DNA of 64,000 bases from Camelus dromedarius (lineage: Eukaryota): the NCBI RefSeq assembly GCF_036321535.1, contig NC_087436.1, forward strand, positions 36,768,001-36,832,000, written 5' to 3'. Numbering within the stretch: the first letter of the stretch is position 1; the number at the start of each line of letters is the position of its first letter. Shown here piece by piece: positions 54,551 through 64,000 of this stretch. The notes beneath the pieces are model-generated. The model had not been told where the DNA came from. It searched no databases and saw only the letters and a list, made by a program, of their open reading frames with translations. Position numbers and translations under genes: made by a program.

Positions 54551-55479
54551 AACAGAATCTGTAGTGGTAGATAAATCACAGGACGCTTTGTACATATTAG
54601 GAAGGCTTCATGACCTGGCGCAAAGTTTAACTAAGGCAGGTAAACAATCTCTGTCATACGGATTCTCTCTACTATTAATTACTACCTTGGCAGAAATTTC
54701 CCTGATAGCTTAGTAGAAAATCAAGCCCAGTGTCTTTCTAATAGGCTTTTATTATTAATGATGATAATGAAATAAATTGCCTTATAGCTGTTATGACTTA
54801 GAGATCTTATTGTAGTGTATGTGTGTTTTGCCTTTTTTTCTTGACAAATTCATTAATAATTAATATACTTGAGAAATTATAGCACATGGAAGCCTAATGG
54901 ATGATTGGTCTTAGTATTCCGTGTAATACTTGGGAAAGAAATTACATACCATGTTTTCTAACACTAAAGTAGATCAATTCTTGGCTATCAGCACTGACAC
55001 CAAGAGGGTGGAACTGGCCTTATTTCAAAATTTAGGGTGATCCAAAAATTAACTGGGGTTTTTAATAAGTTTATATATTTATATTGGGATATGGCTGTCA
55101 ATTTTCTGAGAATTCATACAGAAAAAGAAAATAATGGATACCACGGCCTAACACAGTAATTTGGGAAAGTGCTCAGATTGGCCATCTTACCCCTGTTTAA
55201 ATCCTTTTGACGGTCTGCTTCCTGTTGAGAACACCAGTCTGTCTTTCAGGTTATTGTCAGCTTACCGTTAAATCCTGTTTTGAAGCAGAAAATGTGAGTA
55301 GTTGGGTTTCTAAAGCATTCTCTGTATGTACAGTAAGCAGGGCAGATACTGTCAGTAAACACCAAAAAGTTTCTAAAGAGAGGCCACTATCAAGGTATGA
55401 TATGCTGATGATATTTCTTTTTTCCAACTGATAATACGTTATGTAGATTTTCCTTAGTCACGAGAGCACCAAGGGGTGT

Positions 55480-55700
55480 AATACGCGACGAGTATTACGG
55501 CTGCGGTCAGGCTAAGAGTAAGTCTCACCATGGTGCTGCGGGACGAGATCAGCATCCTGCAGGTGACACACCTCAGCTTTGAGCAGCGCGTGGGGCGGAG
55601 GAGGGGAGCTGTCTGATTAGTGGCGAGGAGGAGGCGCTCCTGTCAGGGGCACTCAAGAGGCTGCTTCTGGGGGTCTTGCGCTTACCGTGCTTCCGTAATT
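55480..55700 (-). promoter_or_regulatory. Small CpG-containing patch; candidate promoter/first exon ending in ATG
   Basis: Local CpG cluster; GC box ggggcgg at ~55592; minus strand GCAGCACCATG|GTGAGA (ATG at 55531-55529). Confidence 0.45.
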
Positions 55701-55890
55701 GAAGCATTTTAGAATTGAAATTGAAGCTAAGAAGCCTGGCTTCCTGTTTTTCTTTTTTCCCCTGTCTAAAAAGCAGACAGACATCTAGTCAGTGAGCCTA
55801 TTTTCTGAGATAGCTAAAGGATCTGGGTTCAAGTTGTTAACATCACTGACAAGCTGTGCGATTTGGAGCAAGTCATTTAAGCTCTTAGAG

Positions 55891-56208
55891 CAGGGGTCAG
55901 CAAACTTCTTCTGTAAAGGGACAGTTGGTAAATGTTTTCAGCTTTGCAGGACATCGAGTCTCTGTTGTGACTGCTCAGCTGCACTGTTGTAGTGTGAATG
56001 CAGCCATGGACAATATTTAATAAGTGAGCAGAATGGTCTTCCAATAAAACTTTACTAATGAACACTGAAACTTGAATTTCACATAGTTTTCACATGTTAT
56101 GAAATATACTTTAAAAAAATTTTTTTCCACAATCATTTTAATGTGAAAAACTTTCTCAGCTCGCAGGCTGCAGAAAAGCAGGAAGTAGGCTGAAGTTGCT
56201 GACCACTG
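55891..56208. mobile_element. MER58-type hAT element inserted in a MIR
   Basis: TIRs caggggtcagcaa / ttgctgaccactg; 8-bp TSD tcttagag / tcttagac. Confidence 0.9.
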
Positions 56209-56234
56209 TCTTAGACCTTCACTGTCCTTATTTG

Positions 56235-56815
56235 GTTTTTTTTTTTTTTAACATTTTTATTGATTTATAATCATTTTACAATGTTGTGTCAAATTCCAGT
56301 GGTCAGCACAATTTTTCAGTCATTCATGGACATATACACACTCATTGTCACATTTTTTTCTCTGTGAGTTATCGTAACATTTTGTGTATATTTCCCTGTG
56401 CTATACAGTGTAGTCTATTCTACAATTTTGAAATCCCAGTCTATCCCTTCCCACCCTCCACCCCCCTGGTAACCACAAGTCTGTATTCTCTGTCTGTGAG
56501 TCTATTTCTGTCCTGTATTTATGCTTTGTTTTTGTTTGTTTGTTTGTTTTTGTTTTTTAGATTCCACATATGAGCGATCTCATATGGTATTTTTCTTTCT
56601 CTTTCTGGCTTACTTCACTTAGAATGACATTCTCCAGGAGCATCCATGTTGCTGCAAATGGCATTATGTTGTCGGTTTTTATGGCTGAGTAGTATTCCAT
56701 TGTATAAATATACCACATCTTCTTTATCCAGTCACCTGTTGATGGACATTTAGGCTGTTCCCATGTCTTGGCTATTGTAAATAGTGCTGCTATGAACATT
56801 GGGGTGCAGGTGTCA
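56235..56815 (-). mobile_element. Young 5'-truncated L1
   Basis: Uninterrupted ORF2 C-terminus MFIAALFTIAKTWEQPKCP...; polyT at 56236-56249; TSD tccttatttg at 56225 and 56816. Confidence 0.95.
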
Positions 56816-57949
56816 TCCTTATTTGTAATAAGTAAAAATTATAGCATATTTTCCTCTTCATGTGATGATCAAATGAGAGTGTTTGCGAGAGTCCATTTAA
56901 AACACATAAGCGCTACATGTTAACAGGATGCTGTATTTCCAACAAGAATCTTTTTCTAAACCTCATGTCACATTTTTACTTTTGTTTACTAGGTCCACGA
57001 TATCTATGGCTCTAGGTAATACACAGAAATTTTTTATAGAATTGAAGTCAAAGATTCAGCAACATTGCTTTCGGAGGTTATGTGATATACAGCAGACGTT
57101 TGGGGAAAATACTTTTAATATATAAATGAATTAAGATTTGGTTAGTCAAAGTGATGAAACAAAATTTGCTCTGTGAGAAGATAACAGCTCTCATGACTTT
57201 AGATTTAATATTTCTTGGATGAAAGGCCAAATGATGATTAAAATAAATTCATTAAATAAGAGTATCTGCCTAGAAGATAATACATCAAACCCTTACCCTG
57301 AGCAAACTTTCGAATCCTAAAGTGCAATCACCTAGTAGATGATGATGATGATGATGGTGACCATGCTGACAGCTAACATTAAGTGCTTACTATATACCAG
57401 GTTAGGGTCTTAAAGTGCTGGCTCATTTAACACTCACAGTAACCCTATGAAGTAGGCACTGTTATTACTTCGTTTTCAGATGACAAAACCAAAGCACAGG
57501 GAACTTAAGCACTTTTGTCAAAGTCCTTATTTTGGAAATGGGAGAATGAGGATTCAAACCATGTTTACCCCTACCTAGGTTTCCCAGGTTAACCTAGGTG
57601 CTCTGCTCTGCCCCAGTGCCCATATCATTTATTTGGACCCAGGCCAGCAGCAGCGCGGAGCCAGCCCAGCTGAAGCCAACGGGCAGACCACAGTGTGGGC
57701 TTGGTGGTGTGTCCATACACTTGAAGCAAGAGTTTGTGCCAGTATGGTACCAACTTCCTGGCCTTGGTGTTCAATCAACACATTATATGTATATCTTCAG
57801 GGTATAGGTTATATATGGATACATATATACAACAGCTTTATTCAAGTGAAAGAAAAGGGAGCAACTTTAATCAACAAATTAGCTAGGTTAAAGTCGTAAC
57901 CTCTCTCTGGGTCTTAGTTTGGACATTTACTGAACAAAAAATACTTTCC

Positions 57950-58055
57950 ATGTACACACATCTGTGTATATATGTATGTATACATGTAAAATACACATAT
58001 ACACACAGGTGTATGTATTTATGTATGCATATATATATATATGCACACACACGTA
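57950..58055. repeat. Degenerate (TA/CA/TG) microsatellite
   Basis: Alternating purine-pyrimidine tract. Confidence 0.8.
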
Positions 58056-58561
58056 TCATAAGTCTTGACTTCAACAAATCCAGTAAGTGGTAAAACTCAT
58101 ATGCAAATATCTAGTATGAAGGTAGAGGAATAAAAGAAATTTAACCTATGTTTATTTACTAACTGCTAAATGCCAGATGTTTTTACATAAGCAATTACCT
58201 CATTTAATCCTTACAACAACCCTATTAGGTAGGTGTTACCTCCATTAGACATACAGGGAAACAGTCTGAGATGACAACTAAGCTTTTCAAATCCACCTAG
58301 TTAATGGGTAGGAAGTTCAAATCCTTGTGTATCGAGGTTCAAACACAATGTCATTGCTAGATAAACGCTTATGAAAGGTTTCATGTTAAGACAGCACTTT
58401 GGCTGAATTTGGAATTCAGAAGAGAATGAAAAGGAGAAGAGAGAAGAGATGGACAATTCCTGAGTAAAAACAGAAAGGAATAGAGGTAGGAAATCAGTGT
58501 GCTCATAACAAATAGCAGGCAGATTTGTTTAGCTGACATTGGACACTCACCCCCACCCCCA

Positions 58562-59062
58562 TGACAAGGGACAGTTAAAGGATACAGAAAAACTACCGTC
58601 TTAGGTTCATATTAGGGGACCTGCAAATAAAACTGACAAAAGAAATTAGCAAGAGAAAAGGCAAAATTTACTCATCTAAGTATGAGAGTTCACAGAAAAA
58701 TCTGAATCAAGGAGGTGGGGAGAATATGGGACTCACATATCATCTTAACAGAGGAAAGGGAGAAGAGAAGAGAAAACAAATGACTTTTAGGAAAGATAAG
58801 TGGGCCCTCAGCAAAGGAGACGGGGACAGTGATTGTTAAGGACACTGTCTGCTTAGGTGTGGTGTATAGTGTGTGACTTCTCCCCAGAGATCAGGGCCAA
58901 ACTTCCTTGGTTGGGAACCTCCCAGGGAGAAGACTTAAGACAATGAAGTCCCTCTGGAAGGCTCTGCTTTTAAGCAGATAAGAAAGTTCAGGAAAAACCG
59001 ATTCTCAAATGCCTTCAGCACATTAATTCTTACGCCGCAGTGGCTTATTCTGGACCCCTTCA
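58562..59062 (-). mobile_element. MER34-like ERV1 solo LTR
   Basis: Minus strand starts TGAAGGGGTCCAGAATAAGCCAC...GCTGAAGGCATTTGAGAA and ends TTGTCA. Confidence 0.75.
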
Positions 59063-61559
59063 CCTCCATTTTATGATAAAAAATATTAAAAAGAACTCTG
59101 GACAATGATAAAATGGAAAGGAGACTAAGGGGCTTTAGCATTTTCAACAGTTATTGAGGGAATTAACTAGTTACTTAGATATCCCTAAACTGTGTTCTAG
59201 AGCTGTTGTAACATCATGAGTGGTTAAGTGAATACGACGCACCATGATTCTACCTTTATGAAATTTTCTATGAAATAGAAAATAGCCAGTAACAGGTGGA
59301 GGATACCTGATCAAGGTAACAGGGAGATATGAGATAGTCAACATTCACGAGAAAGGGACTCGGGCCCCGGAGAGCTACAGCAGTCTCAGCTGGAGCTGGA
59401 AAGCTCCGAATAAGCAAAGCCAGACTCAGAAAGCCATGCGTCACGAGAAGCAGGGAAACCGCAAGGAAGGAGCTAACAAATCTTTCTCAAGAGAAGGAAG
59501 AAGATTCAAGAAGTTTTTTTTTTTCCCGAGTCAACATGTAAAGTATTTCTTTTAACCCTTCTTTACTGCCACTCATTTTTCATTTCAAGGCCTATAGCAT
59601 CTACGCTGAAGTATGAGCTATAGTGAAATATAATGCTGAGGTCTCGTTTGAACTGTCAGGATCTTCCCCAGCTTCTGCCTTCTCAACCAGCTAACATCTC
59701 AGCCAGCTTCCACTTTTAGTCCTGCGAGCCATGTTTATAAAATAATCCAGCAAGATACCCTGCCTCTTCCACTGTGCCTTGCGAGAGCTCTACATCTTGA
59801 CTGTATTGGTTGTGGATTTCCCTCACCTACCTCGTGTTCTCCTAAGACACGTCTCAGACACTGAGCTCTCCAATCCTTTCTCCTTCCCACATCGTTCCCC
59901 TGTTCTGTCTACTGCCCTACAGGCTGCTAACGCCTCTCTTCCTCTTTGTCAACTCCCTCTCCTCAAGATGGCAGTTATCCAAAAAACCCTTTATGGCCTG
60001 CCACTTTACTTATACATTTGACTGCAAGCTGAGCAAAGAATTAACTCTACAAGAGCTGGGCCATAGCTGTAATCAAAGGCGGCTTGAGGAGTAGAAGAAA
60101 TTTAATCCAAGTCTGATTTGGTTTGAAGGCATCAAGTAAATTAAACTTAAAATATCAAAATTCATGCCCTGTAAAGCTGACAGAGGTGGAAGATCAATGC
60201 AATATTTCTGTCACAGTCAACATCCTTGGGCACTGAAGAGATCTATTAAACTTGGTCCTTTTCCTCAATTGTTGACCTTGGACAGGAAGGGCTATTTCTC
60301 TATGAGCTGCAGGCTTCCCAATCTGGTGATGAGAAGTGGACTCTTGAGAAAAGTAACCAAACACGTTCACAACATCAATGATCTCAGCATGAGTCTTTTC
60401 CCTTGAGTGTAACTTTCCAAGCAGTTCACATTTTTCTCATGGTTTTAGGAAACAAACAGACTCAATCATGTTTATTTCCTGGGTAATAGTCCAGCATCAT
60501 GGGAAATGGAAAGTAGGAAATGTATGATTCCACTTAACTTGGCTGCAACTTTCAAGATAGGAAAAAAAGAATGAGCTCTTCCTAAGGCTGTATTTTACTT
60601 TGGGAGGATAGTCAAGTGATCTAAACTGAACTAGGAGGTAGAATTTTTACACTATATATTGTTAGTCATATTCCACGAATAATTTTCATTCTGTTTTAGA
60701 AAAATTTTACATTAAAATTCCTCAGTCCTTTGGGGGGAAGAAATGAATCCTCTAATAACTGATATCTGAAAATCAGTTCTCTGCTTTCTTTTCTCATTAT
60801 TCTTTCTGGTTATCCACCAAGGCCAACTGATGATGTAATATTAGTTTCACATGGTGGGGGAAAATAAAAATATGCTTTATGGTATTAGCCAATGCATTTT
60901 AGCTAGCCAATCTCAATTTACTCAAACAAAAGGCCACTGAAAAAAATCATGACACATGAGTCAATATTCAGAATGCAGATAATTATACGAATAGAAGATT
61001 AAGTGGAAAATGCACTTAGCAAGAGAAGAGAGAGAATGCAAGTGTGAGAATGCAGATCATCTGAGTCAGTTTTTCATGCTGTTATAACTTAGTCTGAGGT
61101 AGAAAGTCTGGGGCAGAATTCTTTTGGTTGATTTTTTTCAATCCTTATTTCTTAAAAATGTTCATTTGTTTTAGATGTAAGACTCAAATAGATTTATGAC
61201 TTTCTACTTCATCTCATTCATATGAGAATGGTATTTTTAAAGCAATTTGTTTAGAATGATATTTTTTAAAGCAATATGTAAGTCTCTTTTTAAAGGACAA
61301 CTATATGATAGAAAAAACATGGCTAGAGGAAAGCAAATCAGGAGTGTGTTGGGCCAAAGGCAGCCACTGTGTTTTCCCATTTCCCTTATGGGTCGTATGG
61401 ACACTGGGGTAAATAAGGCAAGCAGCAAAAAGCCAGCATATTCATTCATTCACTCTCTCACTCACTCATTCATTCATTCTTCAGTAAGTACAGTGGCTGG
61501 GGCACAGGGAGATCTGCAGGAGCAGAATCACTTGAGGCGCTGCTAGAGACCAGAACTCC

Positions 61560-61600
61560 ATCTGCGCGAAGATATCCCGCCCCCTGCACGTGACTGCCAG
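61560..61600. promoter_or_regulatory. Compact motif cluster: E2F-like site, GC box, E-box
   Basis: tgcgcgaa, cccgcccc (61576-61583) and cacgtgac (61587-61594) within 35 bp. Confidence 0.35.
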
Positions 61601-62151
61601 CCACACAGTCTCATCCTGCTGAGCTTCACTTCAGTTATACTTTAACCCCAAGTCTGAGGAATTATACATCAACCACAGGAGCTATTTTCTAATATAGAAA
61701 ACACAGGCTTTTCAGACATAGTGAAATGGAGCAGCATATCCAAAATCCTCACTCTTTGGAATCAGACAACATACAGATTTAAGTTTTAAGGCTTCTGTAC
61801 TTGAAGTGATGGATGTAGTTACGTATCCATATCTCCTCATTATCAGAACTGGGGCATTTCAGAGGTTTTGGTTTTCCCTTGAGATGATCTGATCTCATCT
61901 CCTCATTTACAAATTAAGAAGTCAGGGTTCAGACTTCAACCCCCAACCCAGCTCTTCTCTCCTGCAGAATTTTCTCTAGAAGGAGAAGACTCACAATGAG
62001 GGAGACTGAGAGGAGAACGTGGCCAGCATAACCCCAGAGAGCCCACCCACTCCCCTTCTGCCTCAGCAGTGTGCAAGATGCGTGAGTTTCCAAAGTCAGT
62101 CTTAGATAATGGGGATTCTGATTTTCCCACCGTATCTCCCAGAAACCAGCT

Positions 62152-62648
62152 CTTATTAGCTCCCTATTGTTGCTGTAACTAATTACCAGAAATTTACTGG
62201 CTTCAAACAACACAAATTTATCTTACAGTTCTGGAGGCTGGAAGTCTGAAATGCATTTCACTGGGCTATAATTGAGGTGTTGGCAAGGCTGTGTTCTTCC
62301 TGGAGGCTTGAGGGGAAAATCCATTACCTTGCCTTTTCTAGGTTCTAGAGGCCACCTACTGTCCTTGGCTTGTGGACCCTTCCCAGCTTCAAAGACAGCA
62401 GCCTCAAGCTGAGCCCTCATGCTGCCTTCTCACTGGTTTTCATTCTTCTGCCTTCCCCATCTCCCTGCCCCCTTTTAAGGATGTTGTGATTAAATTGGAC
62501 CCATGTGGATAATCTATGATAACTTCCCTATTTTAAGATCCACTTATCAACATCCTTCAATCCCCTTTCCCTGTAATCTAACATATTCACAGATTCTAGA
62601 GATTAGGATGTGGGCATCTTTGCAGGGACATTATTCTGCGTACCAAAC
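62152..62648 (-). mobile_element. MLT1 LTR
   Basis: ctattgttgctgtaactaattacca...acagttctggaggctggaagtctgaaat...cattattctgcgtacca. Confidence 0.88.
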
Positions 62649-63109
62649 ATAACAATAAGTTTATGTTCAGAATAATTTTTATTGCTACAAAATTAGGATT
62701 TTCACTTTGGAATGTTTTCATCTCCCCTGGATTTTCTAACTTTATATGACATGCTTCCTGGGAATTTTGTTTTTACTGATGTGTTAAAGAGAAATGAGTA
62801 CCAGTTCTTGATTATAACTCTAATACAGTATAATGATAGTCATTTGCCTTGTAGTAGATCTCAGAGGTTTTAGACATCCCTGTCAGGGGATATGATATTA
62901 TTCCTATACTTTTGTAAATGACAGAATTGCAACACAAACATTTCTGGGGTGTGCTAAATCAACCTCTGTGAGGGAATAAAACACTTAATTCAACCAGGTT
63001 CTACCAACTTCAGTGTGTGGTGCATGTCTGTTAGAAGAAATAGTGAGTTGTCAATGATGTGCCATTTGTGATCAATTCAAAAGTAATTTTAAGAAGTTAG
63101 ACTCTAAAA

Positions 63110-63415
63110 AATAAAACTAACTAGTGAACATAGCAAAAAAGAAACAGACTTACAGATACAGAGAATCAACTAGTACCAGATGGGAAAGGGAAGTGGGAGG
63201 GGCAAGCTGGGGTAGGAGATTAAGAGGTACAAACTATTATACATAAAATAAATAAGCTACAAGAATATATTGTACAACATTTGGAATATAGCCAGTATTT
63301 TATAATAACTATAAATGGAATGTAACCTTTAAAAATTGTGAATTACTATGTTGCACACCTGAAACTTTGTAATTTTTACATCCACTATACTCCGTTAAAA
63401 ATAATTTTAAAAAAT
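63110..63415 (+). mobile_element. L1 3' end fragment
   Basis: gattaagaggtacaaacta...aataagctacaagaatatattgtacaaca. Confidence 0.85.
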
Positions 63416-64000
63416 GACTTTCATTGTTTTGTAGTACCAGTAAAGGTCTGCAAATGATTTCCATTTTTCTGTTATACTCTATTACATTTTATGGGAAAAC
63501 TATACACTTTGTTTCTACAATGCAAGGACTTTCAAAAATGTCATGTAAATTCTATGGGTATATTGTGTATGAACCGCAGAGGGCACATACAATAATCAAC
63601 TGGGTCACGGAAGAAAGTAACAGAACATCTATTAAATTTATTTTTATCTTATCTAAAATAGGAAAAAATAAGTTTGATTAATCTTATCTATATAGATTAG
63701 TTCTTGGTATATCAAACTATCAAGTATGCTGTATGTGCATGATGTGCCTTTATATGATTGGTGTATGGAATTAATTGAGAAATAAAAAATAGCAGTGTTC
63801 AGTAAGCACCACCTGATGCACTTGGTCCACTCTGATGTACTCATCCTTGTGTGATACCTTTTCCAAATGTGACAGCCTTTAAAACCAAGTATCTAAATAA
63901 ATCAGGTTTAGACATTGTCAAAAAAAAAAAAAAAAAAAGTCAAGCTCCCTGCATTTTTTTCCTTCTCAGCATCCACTGTCTGAGGCAAACAGTAAGGGAT

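Noticed and set aside
54950..55105. 156-nt acceptor/donor-bounded segment as an in-frame coding exon after the 55529 ATG
   Set aside because: The phase-0 frame hits TAA after 8 codons.
63970..63991. Plus-strand acceptor followed 22 nt later by ACA|GTAAGG
   Set aside because: At the window edge, with no context to support it.

Overview
This is mammalian genomic DNA, most likely camelid: it carries tRNA-Ala-derived vic-1-like SINEs and cetartiodactyl-type L1 3' ends. No intact protein-coding exon of a recognisable gene is present, and nearly all supplied ORFs are chance frames or transposon debris. The left end holds the 5' end of an unidentified minus-strand gene: a CpG-island promoter at ~9.4-10.0 kb, exon 1 ending at 9581 and an 88-nt exon 2 at 7993-8080, both apparently 5'UTR and carrying a spliced uORF. 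The rest is repeat-dense. It includes a decayed, 3'-truncated ERV1-class provirus (15.65-23.05 kb; tRNA-Gln-like PBS; L1 inserted in gag), a hAT-Charlie fossil, an old L1 5' half, a decayed ERVL/LTR16 element, nested LTRs, a young solo LTR with a 45-bp tandem duplication, and many MIR/L2/MLT/L1 fragments. The two best leads are speculative: (1) a small CpG-containing patch at ~55.5 kb whose ATG|GT exon could splice in frame to a 92-codon exon at 50494-50772; (2) the ERV LTR plus intact splice donor oriented toward the host gene. I see no firm evidence of a new biological system. Repeat family names are from recall, not a database search, and repeat boundaries are approximate unless TSDs are given.
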